A stretch of DNA of 64,000 nt from Eubacteriales bacterium (GTDB lineage: Bacteria > Bacillota > Clostridia > Oscillospirales > CAG-272), in NCBI GenBank assembly GCA_045546615.1, contig JAZQDD010000013.1, positions 2,879-66,878 on the forward strand, read 5' to 3'. Under the pieces are notes generated by a model that had not been told where the DNA came from, made no database searches, and saw only the letters and a list, made by a program, of their open reading frames with translations. Each line of letters begins with the position of its first letter. The stretch's first letter is position 1. Of this stretch, positions 27,226 to 35,520 are shown piece by piece. The translations under genes and the position numbers were made by a program.

Positions 27226-27422
27226 TATTTTTTATCCTTATAATAAAGCTTGCAGTGGCAGTAGCCCTCAAAATTCGGATCTGCAATCTGCTCTCTGAAT
27301 TCTTTGCATAGACATTTATTGTCCTCGGTCATCTCAAGGCGGCAGGGGCAATATCCGCCTCGTGCCTTGAGTCCTTCTTTAATTATTTTTACTATTTCTT
27401 TATCCTCGTTCAATCTTACCAT
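27225..27422 (-). CDS. minimal ferredoxin-thioredoxin-reductase catalytic-subunit-like protein
   Basis: 65 aa carrying the three CxC motifs of the FTR catalytic chain: CPCR, CLC, CHC. Its ATG overlaps the thioredoxin stop (TGATG); an alternative GTG lies at 27425. Confidence 0.65.
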   Translation of the reverse strand: MVRLNEDKEIVKIIKEGLKARGGYCPCRLEMTEDNKCLCKEFREQIADPNFEGYCHCKLYYKDKK

Positions 27423-27730
27423 CACAAAAACCTCTCTATGATCTCTTCTATTTCTTCTTTGCTAAGTACGCCCGTAGTACGATGTACCTCAACGCCGCCT
27501 TTGATGAAAAGAAGTGTAGGGATAAGGCTTATGCGGAATTTTATGGCAAGCGCACCTTCCTCGTCTACGTTGCATTTATATATATCAGCCGCCGATGATT
27601 CGGACAGCGCGTCTATAGTGGGGGCGAGCATTCTGCAAGGACCGCACCAAGGCGCCCAAAAATCTATTATGCATAGCTTGTCGCTTTTTTCTATTTGGTC
27701 AAATGTTGCACTTGTGATGTTTTTTGCCAT
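27422..27730 (-). CDS. trxA: thioredoxin
   Basis: FWAPWCGPCRMLAP active site. 102 aa. Confidence 0.9.
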   Translation of the reverse strand: MAKNITSATFDQIEKSDKLCIIDFWAPWCGPCRMLAPTIDALSESSAADIYKCNVDEEGALAIKFRISLIPTLLFIKGGVEVHRTTGVLSKEEIEEIIERFL

Positions 27731-27768
27731 TTTTCTTTCCTCCTTTTCGCACTATGTGCTACATTGAT

Positions 27769-27797
27769 ATTTTAATATATTTGTTTGCAACTGTCAA
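27769..27797 (-). promoter_or_regulatory. promoter of trxA-FTR-methyltransferase operon
   Basis: On the minus strand: TTGACA (complement of 27792-27797), 17 nt, TAAAAT (complement of 27769-27774). Confidence 0.55.
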
Positions 27798-27978
27798 TAG
27801 ACAAGAAATGTATTTTTTACTGTTTTTCTTGAAATATTTTCTAGCCGCAAATTAGGTAGTATTTTACCTAAAGGAAAATGAAAATCGCAAAAAACAGCTC
27901 TAATGCGATAGCTTTAGTCATTTTGACTAATTGAGCTTATGGTTTTTAGGAAAATTTATTTAATATTATTTGAAACGA

Positions 27979-27996
27979 TTGTTGAAATTTTAACAA
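27979..27996. promoter_or_regulatory. Rex-like operator (TTGTTGA-AATT-TTAACAA)
   Basis: 18-bp site, one mismatch from the clostridial Rex box TTGTTAA-N4-TTAACAA. It sits within a longer inverted repeat, ACGATTGTT (27975-27983) / AACAATCGT (27992-28000), and overlaps the -35 hexamer. Confidence 0.5.
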
Positions 27997-28010
27997 TCGT
28001 GTAGTATAAT
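27982..28010 (+). promoter_or_regulatory. promoter of the 13-gene yfcE-mdh-fumC-hdr-flx-frd-transporter operon
   Basis: TTGAAA 27982-27987, 17 nt, TATAAT 28005-28010. The ATG at 28059 is preceded by GGAGATG. Confidence 0.55.
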
Positions 28011-28058
28011 GTAATAGATAAATTTTATCATAATAAATTAATTTGCTGGAGATGCATT

Positions 28059-28625
28059 ATGAAGTGGCTTATCGCATCGGACATTCACGGTTCTGCATAT
28101 TGGTGTAAAAAGCTCGTTGAGGCGTACAAGCGCGAAGGGGCAGACAGATTGCTTTTGCTTGGCGACGTGCTGTATCACGGTCCACGCAACGATCTTCCGC
28201 GCGACTACGACCCCAAGGCTGTTATTTCAATGCTCAATCCCCTCGCATCGGAGATAGTCTGTGTCAGGGGCAATTGCGAGAGCGAGGTAGATGCCATGGT
28301 GCTTGATTTCCCCGTGCTTGCCGACTACGCCATCATCTGCGAGGAGGCATTGGGTAAAAATCTCATTTTTGCAACACACGGGCATCTTTTTAATGCATCA
28401 AAGCTCCCGCCGCTCAATCACGGAGACATTTTGATACACGGACACACACATGTGCCGTGCTTTGAACAAACCAACGGTATTACTATTCTCAATCCCGGAT
28501 CTGTGTCTATTCCCAAGGAGGGAAGTGAGCATAGTTACCTTGTGCTTAACGGCGCTGTTTTCACAAGACGCTCTCTTGATGGAGACATTTTGTCGGTACA
28601 CAGCTTTATTAAAACTAAAAAGTGA
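28059..28625 (+). CDS. YfcE-type metallophosphoesterase (MJ0936 family phosphodiesterase)
   Basis: Metallophosphatase motifs SDIHG, LLGDVLYHGPRN, GNCE, GHTH. First gene of the long operon. Confidence 0.8.
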   Translation: MKWLIASDIHGSAYWCKKLVEAYKREGADRLLLLGDVLYHGPRNDLPRDYDPKAVISMLNPLASEIVCVRGNCESEVDAMVLDFPVLADYAIICEEALGKNLIFATHGHLFNASKLPPLNHGDILIHGHTHVPCFEQTNGITILNPGSVSIPKEGSEHSYLVLNGAVFTRRSLDGDILSVHSFIKTKK

Positions 28626-28635
28626 GGTCTGATCG

Positions 28636-29580
28636 ATGAATAAGATCACCATAATCGGCACTGGCAACGTTGGCTCGACTATTGCCTACACAATAGCCCT
28701 TACGGGCATTGCGTCGGAGATAATTATGATAGACGTCAATCACGAAAAGGCACTCGGCGAGGCACTCGACATCAGACAGGGAACGCCCTTTTTGTCGTCC
28801 TGCTCTATCTACGCGGGAAACTATCGCGATGCCGCAGACTCAAGTATTGTTATTTTCACCTGCGGAGTGGCAAGAAAGCCGGGACAGACAAGGCTTGATC
28901 TTGCGCAGGTCAATGTAAATATCCTGAAGAGCATTATTCCGCAGATAACAAAATATGCTCCAAAGGCTAAATACCTTATCGTAAGCAATCCCGTTGACAT
29001 TCTTACCTACACCTTCTGCAAGCTATCCGACCTGCCAAACAGACGCATAATAGGTTCAGGAACTATCCTTGACACCTCCAGATTGCGCGCAAGGCTGTCG
29101 GAGTATTACTCCATAAACCAAAAAAACGTTCATGCATACGTTATGGGTGAGCATGGAGATTCAGCATTCATCCCGTGGTCACTCGCTAATATATCGAACG
29201 TCCCCATTCGCGAATGTCATAAATCCATCTCTATCGGCGGCGAGCTTGTTCCCGAGCCTAATTACGCGGAGATAGAGGATTACGTCAGAAAGTCGGGAGC
29301 GCGCGTCATCGAACGCAAGGGCGCAACGTTTTTTGCAGTTTCCGCGTCCGTTGTGCATCTTTGCAGATGCTTGCTCGGCGGAACTGACACGATCACTACC
29401 GTGTCGACCATGATGAACGGAGAGTACGGTATTGAGGACGTTTGCTTGAGCATACTGAACATCATCGGTTCTGCCGGTGCGCATTCAAAGATGTTAGCTC
29501 CGCTCAATTCAGAGGAGATAGGAAAGCTCCACAACAGTGCCGCCGTTCTTAAAGAAATTATTGCGGCACTTGAAATATAA
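28636..29580 (+). CDS. L-lactate/malate dehydrogenase family enzyme; Arg at the substrate-specificity position suggests malate dehydrogenase
   Basis: IIGTGNVGST Rossmann motif, catalytic GEHGDS. The loop GVARKPGQTRLDL has R (codon 28873-28875) where canonical LDH has Q102. Confidence 0.85.
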   Translation: MNKITIIGTGNVGSTIAYTIALTGIASEIIMIDVNHEKALGEALDIRQGTPFLSSCSIYAGNYRDAADSSIVIFTCGVARKPGQTRLDLAQVNVNILKSIIPQITKYAPKAKYLIVSNPVDILTYTFCKLSDLPNRRIIGSGTILDTSRLRARLSEYYSINQKNVHAYVMGEHGDSAFIPWSLANISNVPIRECHKSISIGGELVPEPNYAEIEDYVRKSGARVIERKGATFFAVSASVVHLCRCLLGGTDTITTVSTMMNGEYGIEDVCLSILNIIGSAGAHSKMLAPLNSEEIGKLHNSAAVLKEIIAALEI

Positions 29581-29606
29581 AATACAAAATTTTGGAGGTC
29601 AATATT

Positions 29607-30983
29607 ATGGAATACCGCATTGAACACGACTCTATGGGCGAAATGAAAGTTCCCGCCGACAAGCTTTGGGCGGCACAGACGCAGCGTAGCTGTGAGAATT
29701 TTCAGATAGGCGTGGGCATCGAAACGATGCCGCGAGAGATAGTCCATGCTTTTGGCATACTGAAAAAAGCCGCAGCACAGGCAAACCACGAGCTGAAGCC
29801 CGAAAAAATGACGGACGAAAAGCTCGCCGCCATCGAAAAGGCGTGCGACGAGGTCATTTCCGGTGAGCTCATTTCAAACTTCCCCCTCGTAGTATGGCAG
29901 ACCGGCTCGGGAACTCAATCCAATATGAACTCCAATGAGGTTATAGCCAACCGAGGCAATCAACTTGCCGGCAAGAAAATGCTCCATCCCAACGATGATA
30001 TAAATATGAGCCAATCCTCAAACGACACTTTCCCTACGGCAATGCACATTTCTGCCGTAATCGCCATAGAGGATAAGCTTATTCCCGCCGCAGAGACTCT
30101 CATCGCCACCTTCAAACGCCTTGAGGCGGAGAATGAGGGCGTTGTAAAGAGCGGACGTACGCATCTGCAGGATGCAACTCCCATCACCTTCCCGCAGGAG
30201 ATCTCCGGCTGGAGAAGCAGTATTGAGCGTGACGTTGAGCTGCTCAAACTTTCTCTCAAGCCTCTCAAGGAGCTTGCCCTCGGCGGCACTGCCGTAGGAA
30301 CGGGGCTTAACGCGCCTAAAGGTTTTGCAGAGCTTGTAGCAAGCAAGGTGTCCGCACTTACGGGTAAGGAGTTTGTTACTGCATCCAATAAATTCCATGC
30401 ACTCACCTCAAAGGACGAGATAGTTTTTGCACACGGCGCGATAAAGGCACTTGCGTGTGACCTTATGAAAATAGCAAATGACGTAAGATGGCTCGCATCA
30501 GGTCCTCGTGACGGTCTTGGCGAGATATTCATTCCCGAAAACGAGCCCGGCTCGTCCATTATGCCCGGTAAGGTCAACCCCACACAGTGTGAGGCGCTTA
30601 CCATGGTGGCAGTTCAGGTAATGGGCAATGACGTTGCCGTTGGTATGGCGGCATCGCAGGGTAATTTCGAGCTTAACGTATTTATGCCCGTATGTGCGTA
30701 TAATTTCCTGCAGTCCGCACGTCTGCTTGCTGAGGCTATCGTTTCCTTTGACAAGAACTGTGCATCGGGTATTAAGGCAAACCGCGAAAAGATGCACCAC
30801 AACCTGCACAATTCGCTTATGCTCGTCACCGCGCTTAACCCCTACATCGGATATGAGAACGCCGCAAAGACGGTGAAAAAAGCGTTCAAGGATAATATCT
30901 CTATCCGTCAGGCGTGTGTTGAACTCGGCTTTTTGACCGAGGAAAAATTCGACGAGGTATTCCATCCCGAAGAGATGGTATAA
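29607..30983 (+). CDS. fumC: class II fumarate hydratase
   Basis: ORF trimmed to MEYRIEHDSMGE (ATG 29607, GGAGG RBS). GSSIMPGKVNPTQCEA signature. TGSGTQSNMN. Confidence 0.95.
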   Translation: MEYRIEHDSMGEMKVPADKLWAAQTQRSCENFQIGVGIETMPREIVHAFGILKKAAAQANHELKPEKMTDEKLAAIEKACDEVISGELISNFPLVVWQTGSGTQSNMNSNEVIANRGNQLAGKKMLHPNDDINMSQSSNDTFPTAMHISAVIAIEDKLIPAAETLIATFKRLEAENEGVVKSGRTHLQDATPITFPQEISGWRSSIERDVELLKLSLKPLKELALGGTAVGTGLNAPKGFAELVASKVSALTGKEFVTASNKFHALTSKDEIVFAHGAIKALACDLMKIANDVRWLASGPRDGLGEIFIPENEPGSSIMPGKVNPTQCEALTMVAVQVMGNDVAVGMAASQGNFELNVFMPVCAYNFLQSARLLAEAIVSFDKNCASGIKANREKMHHNLHNSLMLVTALNPYIGYENAAKTVKKAFKDNISIRQACVELGFLTEEKFDEVFHPEEMV

Positions 30984-31004
30984 AAATTAAGGAGGAATTC
31001 TCAG

Positions 31005-31814
31005 ATGAAGGTTAGCTATTTTCCGGGCTGTACCTTAAAAACAACGGCAAAAGAGCTTGACGTTTATACACGTGCCTCCGCTAAGGCACTTGGTGTCACG
31101 CTTGAGGAAATAGAAAATTGGCAATGCTGTGGCGGCGTGTTCACAACCGCCAATGACGAGATAGCAACAAAGCTGTCGTCCGTACGCGCACTCGTTGAGG
31201 CGAGAGATAAGGAGCAGGCGCTTGTCAGCGTTTGTTCCGCTTGCCATAACGTGATCAAGCAGACGAACCACGCAATGCAGACTGACGAGGGCTTTGCTTT
31301 GCGCGTAAACAATTATATGCGCATGCAGGATCCCGAGCATGCCGAATATCACGGCGAGACACGCGTTATGCATTTCCTTGAGCTGCTGCGCGATGAGGTA
31401 GGCTTTGACAAGGTCGCCGCCGCCGTTAAAAATTCGCTTAAGGGCAAAAAAATCGCCCCATATTACGGTTGCTTGCTTCTGCGCCCCGCCAAAACCATGC
31501 AAATGGATGACGTAGAGAATCCGAGAATAATCGAGGATCTTATACGCGCACTCGGCGCGGAGCCCGCCATTTACGCATACAGAAATGAATGTTGCGGCGG
31601 ATACGTTGCGCTTGATGATCCTGATGCTGCCGCGAAACAAAGCGGCAGAGTTCTTGAGGGGGCAAAGTCAGCGGGTGCAGATCTTATTGTGACCGCTTGC
31701 CCGCTTTGCCGATATAATCTTATAAAGAACGGTAAGAGCGATATTCCCGTAGTATATTTTACGGAGCTTCTTGCGGAGGCTCTCGGAGTTAAGGAGACAG
31801 AAAATGCGCAATAA
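31005..31814 (+). CDS. hdrB: HdrB-like subunit with two CCG cysteine-rich domains
   Basis: YFPGC...NWQCCGG...CSACHN and YYGC...NECCGG...CPLCRYN: two complete CCG motifs. Confidence 0.85.
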   Translation: MKVSYFPGCTLKTTAKELDVYTRASAKALGVTLEEIENWQCCGGVFTTANDEIATKLSSVRALVEARDKEQALVSVCSACHNVIKQTNHAMQTDEGFALRVNNYMRMQDPEHAEYHGETRVMHFLELLRDEVGFDKVAAAVKNSLKGKKIAPYYGCLLLRPAKTMQMDDVENPRIIEDLIRALGAEPAIYAYRNECCGGYVALDDPDAAAKQSGRVLEGAKSAGADLIVTACPLCRYNLIKNGKSDIPVVYFTELLAEALGVKETENAQ

Positions 31815-32193
31815 TGAAAACGTTACACAGCGCGTTCTCCGCATAAGCGGAGTCAACGCACGCCGTTGCATGAAATGCGGAAAATGCAGCGCAAGCTGTC
31901 CCTCGTACGATGAGATGGAGTATCATCCCCATCAGTTCGTATATATGATCGAAAGCGGAGATATAGAGCCTTTGTTGAATTCTACCTCTATCTATAAGTG
32001 CCTGACCTGCTTTGCGTGCGTGGATAGGTGTCCGCGCGGTGTTGAGCCTGCAAAGCTTGTTGAGGCGATAAGGCTTGAGGTCATAAGAGAGCAGGGAGCT
32101 AATCATCTGCGCGCGGATGATGTTCCCGCACTTGTCACGGACGGCGTACCTCAGCAGTTGCTGGTAAGCGCGTTCAGAAAATACGCGAAATAA
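31804..32193 (+). CDS. hdrC: HdrC-like 2x[4Fe-4S] ferredoxin subunit
   Basis: ORF trimmed to MRNNEN (ATG 31804, AAGGAGA RBS). CMKCGKCSASCP and CLTCFACVDRCP. 11-nt overlap with hdrB. Confidence 0.8.
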   Translation: MRNNENVTQRVLRISGVNARRCMKCGKCSASCPSYDEMEYHPHQFVYMIESGDIEPLLNSTSIYKCLTCFACVDRCPRGVEPAKLVEAIRLEVIREQGANHLRADDVPALVTDGVPQQLLVSAFRKYAK

Positions 32194-32210
32194 CGAAAGG
32201 AGAGAGCTAA

Positions 32211-34202
32211 ATGCCAAGAATTGGAGTATTCGTATGCTGGTGCGGCACTAATATTGCGGGCACGGTTGACGTAGCCGCGGTTGCCGAGGCTGTTAAAAAT
32301 GAGCAAGGCGTGGTTTTCTCCACCGATTACCAATATATGTGCTCGCAATCGGGACAGGACATAATCAAAAATGCTATCAGAAAGTATGATCTTACGGGTA
32401 TAGTTGTATGCTCCTGCTCGCCCCGAATGCATGAGGCGACTTTCCGCAAGACAGCATCCGCGGCAGGACTCAATCCATATATGGTTGAGATAGCAAATAT
32501 CCGTGAGCAATGCTCGTGGGTACATAAGGATATGCTTACGGGAACGCAAAAGGCGATAGTTCTTGCAAAGGCGGCTATCGCAAAGGTCAATCTTAACGCG
32601 CCTCTCACCCCCGGAGAGAGTCCTGTGACCAAGCGCGCCCTCGTTATCGGCGGCGGAATTGCAGGAATTCAGACGGCGCTTGATATAGCCGATGCGGGAT
32701 TCCCCGTGGATATCGTGGAGACAAAACCCACTATCGGCGGAAAGATGGCACAGCTCGACAAGACCTTCCCCACACTTGACTGCGCCGCTTGTATCCTGAC
32801 GCCTAAGATGGTCGATGCATCGCAGCACGAAAAGATTAGGGTTTTTGCGTATAGCGAGATAGATGAGGTCAAAGGCTTTGTCGGAAACTTCGACGTTAAG
32901 ATAAGAAGAAAAGCAAGATACGTAAAGGAAGAGCTTTGCACAGGTTGCGGTCTTTGTACCGAAAAATGCCCGCAAAAGAAAGTTCCCAACGAATTTAACA
33001 TGGGCATGGATAACCGCCGTGCTATCTACATTCCGTTTGCACAGGCAGTGCCGAAGGTTGCAACCATCGACGCGGATTACTGCACGATGCTCAAAACGGG
33101 CAAGTGCGGCGTATGTTCAAAGGTCTGTTCTGTGGGTGCTATTGACTATAAGCAGAAGGATGAGATCATTACTGAACGTTACGGCGCGATAGTTGCCGCA
33201 ACGGGCTTTAATCCCATTAGTATGGATAAATTTGATGAGTATGCGTACAGTCAGTCAAAGGACGTTATTACCTCTCTTGAGTTTGAACGTCTGACCAACG
33301 CCGCAGGCCCTACCGCAGGTAAGCTTCTGCGTCCCTCGGATGGAAAGCATCCTCACACCATAGTTTTTGTACAATGCGTAGGCTCTCGTTGCGCCGCCGC
33401 CGAAAAGGGCAAGGAGTATTGTTCCAAGATCTGCTGTATGTATACCGCAAAGCACGCAATGCTCGTGCGCGATAAATATCCCGATACCGAGGTGTATGTT
33501 TTCTATATCGATGTTCGTACCCCCGGCAAGAATTTCGACGAATTCTACCGCAGAGCCGTTGAGGAATATGGCGTACATTATATTAAAGGAATGGTGGGCA
33601 AGGTATCACCCGAGGGTGATGTACTAAAGGTTCAGGCGTCTGACCTTATTGCAAACAAGCAGCTTCATATTGATGCCGATCTCGTTGTACTTGCCGCCGC
33701 CATTGAGCCTGATAAGTCAGCAAGAAGCCTCGCTACGATGCTTACCGCATCTATGGACACGAACGATTTCTTTACCGAAGCTCACCCGAAGCTCCGTCCC
33801 GTGGAAAGCCCCACGGCAGGTGTATTTTTGTCGGGAGCGTGCCAAGGACCGAAGGATATTCCGGAAACGGTCTCGCAGGCGGGTGCCGCCGCTTCAAAGG
33901 TCATTGGACTTCTTGCCAAGGATAAGCTTATCGGTAACCCCTGCATTTCTCATTCCGATGAGATGATGTGTAACGGCTGTTCCTCTTGCGAGAGGGTGTG
34001 CCCATACGGTGCTATTACTTACGTTAACAAGGAATTCAGAATGCCCGACAGAACAACGCTCGTCCGCCGTGTCGCATCTGTCAACGAGGCAGTATGTCAG
34101 GGCTGTGGCGCTTGTACTGTGGCTTGTCCGTCGGGCGCTATGGATCTTCGCGGATTTACCGCACAGCAAATTATGTCGGAGGTGGATGCAATATGCAAGT
34201 AA
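32211..34202 (+). CDS. hdrA: HdrA-like FAD- and Fe-S-containing subunit
   Basis: 663 aa. FAD fold ALVIGGGIAGIQTALDIADAG. Ferredoxin motifs CTGCGLCTEKCP, CGVCSKVCS, CNGCSSCERVCP, CQGCGACTVACP. N-terminal CWCGTN...CSCSPR domain. Confidence 0.9.
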   Translation: MPRIGVFVCWCGTNIAGTVDVAAVAEAVKNEQGVVFSTDYQYMCSQSGQDIIKNAIRKYDLTGIVVCSCSPRMHEATFRKTASAAGLNPYMVEIANIREQCSWVHKDMLTGTQKAIVLAKAAIAKVNLNAPLTPGESPVTKRALVIGGGIAGIQTALDIADAGFPVDIVETKPTIGGKMAQLDKTFPTLDCAACILTPKMVDASQHEKIRVFAYSEIDEVKGFVGNFDVKIRRKARYVKEELCTGCGLCTEKCPQKKVPNEFNMGMDNRRAIYIPFAQAVPKVATIDADYCTMLKTGKCGVCSKVCSVGAIDYKQKDEIITERYGAIVAATGFNPISMDKFDEYAYSQSKDVITSLEFERLTNAAGPTAGKLLRPSDGKHPHTIVFVQCVGSRCAAAEKGKEYCSKICCMYTAKHAMLVRDKYPDTEVYVFYIDVRTPGKNFDEFYRRAVEEYGVHYIKGMVGKVSPEGDVLKVQASDLIANKQLHIDADLVVLAAAIEPDKSARSLATMLTASMDTNDFFTEAHPKLRPVESPTAGVFLSGACQGPKDIPETVSQAGAAASKVIGLLAKDKLIGNPCISHSDEMMCNGCSSCERVCPYGAITYVNKEFRMPDRTTLVRRVASVNEAVCQGCGACTVACPSGAMDLRGFTAQQIMSEVDAICK

Positions 34203-34627
34203 GTGAATACAAGCCCCTCATCGTTGCATTTTGTTGCAATTGGTGCTCCTATGCGGGCGCCGATCTTGCGGGTAACAACCGACTCAACTACCCCGCGGAG
34301 GTAAAGATCATCCGCGTGCCCTGCTCGTGCAGAGTTAATCCATCGTTTGTACTTCGTGCATTCCAGCGCGGAGCAGACGGCGTTATCATCTGCGGCTGTC
34401 ACCCCGGCGACTGCCACTATACCTCGGGTAACTATTATACCCGCCGCAGAATGGCGATGCTTTTCTCAATGCTTGAGTATCTCGGCATCGAGAAGGAGCG
34501 TACGCGCGTAGAATGGGTGTCTGCCGCGGAAGGGGCAAAATTTGCCGCCACAATGAATGATTTTGTCGAGACTGTGGCTTCTCTTGGCGAGAATAAAAGA
34601 TTGGAGGACCTCAGATGCAAGCGATAA
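34193..34627 (+). CDS. mvhD: MvhD/FlxD-like (methyl-viologen-reducing hydrogenase delta subunit family) protein
   Basis: ORF trimmed to MQVSEYKP (ATG 34193, GGAGGTGGA RBS). AFCCNWCSYAGADLAG...VPCSCRV...CGCHPGDCHY. 10-nt overlap with hdrA. Confidence 0.85.
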   Translation: MQVSEYKPLIVAFCCNWCSYAGADLAGNNRLNYPAEVKIIRVPCSCRVNPSFVLRAFQRGADGVIICGCHPGDCHYTSGNYYTRRRMAMLFSMLEYLGIEKERTRVEWVSAAEGAKFAATMNDFVETVASLGENKRLEDLRCKR

Positions 34628-35520
34628 GCAGTAAAACCCTCGTGGATATAGCCGCAAAAAAACTCGCGGACGGTGAGGTATCTGCCGTCCTCGGTTGGAA
34701 AAAAGGACTTTTCAATTACGATGTGACTCCTGCCGTGTTTACTAATGCGGATGAGCTTGCAGATGGCTTTGTTTATACCGATTTTTGTGCGGCAAATCTT
34801 TCAAAATATCTTGTAAATGAAACTAAAAAGCCGGAATATCGCTCCGACGATAGAAAAATTCTCGTTTTCTTGAAGCCTTGCGATACATATAGTTTTAACC
34901 AGCTTCTCACCGAGCATCGAATTCACAGAGACCGCGTTTGCGTTGTTGCAGTACCGTGCAACGGTATGATAGACCTCACGGGCGCACCGTATGAAAAATG
35001 CGTGAACTGCAAGAGTAAAAAGGCTGTTGTCTATGACGAGCTTGTGGGCGAAAACGGCGACGTTATCGACTCCAATCGTTTTGACGAGGTCGAACGCATT
35101 GAGGCTATGTCGTCTGATGAAAAATTTGAGTTTTGGCAGAACGAGCTTTCCCGTTGCATCAGGTGCAATGCCTGCCGCAACGTATGCCCCGCCTGCACAT
35201 GCGAAAAATGTGTTTTTGACAATCCCGCGTCGGGACTTGAAAACAAAGCGATATCGGACAGCTTTGAAGAAAAAATGTTCCACATCATCCGCGCGTTTCA
35301 CGTTGCGGGCAGATGCACGGACTGTGGTGAATGCTCAAGAGTGTGCCCACAGCACATTCCGCTTCACCTGCTTAACAGAAAGCTCATTAAGGATATGAAT
35401 GAGGCTTACGGCGAATATCAGGCAGGTGCTGTGGAGGGTAGCCGTGCGCCCCTCGTTGATTATTCCGTAAACGACATAGAGCCTGCAGAGGCTGTCGGAA
35501 AGGGAGGCAACAATGCGTAA
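34615..35520 (+). CDS. Fe-S protein, AsrA/HydB/FlxC-like (2x[4Fe-4S])
   Basis: CIRCNACRNVCPACTC and CTDCGECSRVCP. N-terminal FLKPCDTYSFNQLL region. 13-nt overlap with the upstream gene. GGAGGA RBS. Confidence 0.7.
   Translation: MQAISSKTLVDIAAKKLADGEVSAVLGWKKGLFNYDVTPAVFTNADELADGFVYTDFCAANLSKYLVNETKKPEYRSDDRKILVFLKPCDTYSFNQLLTEHRIHRDRVCVVAVPCNGMIDLTGAPYEKCVNCKSKKAVVYDELVGENGDVIDSNRFDEVERIEAMSSDEKFEFWQNELSRCIRCNACRNVCPACTCEKCVFDNPASGLENKAISDSFEEKMFHIIRAFHVAGRCTDCGECSRVCPQHIPLHLLNRKLIKDMNEAYGEYQAGAVEGSRAPLVDYSVNDIEPAEAVGKGGNNA

Noticed and set aside
31005-34627. Literal annotation as CoB-CoM heterodisulfide reductase / methanogen hydrogenase subunit
   Set aside because: All other genes are bacterial (Firmicute) and no methanogenesis genes are present. 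In bacteria, Hdr/MvhD homologues serve other electron-bifurcating complexes, so the names are used only as family labels.
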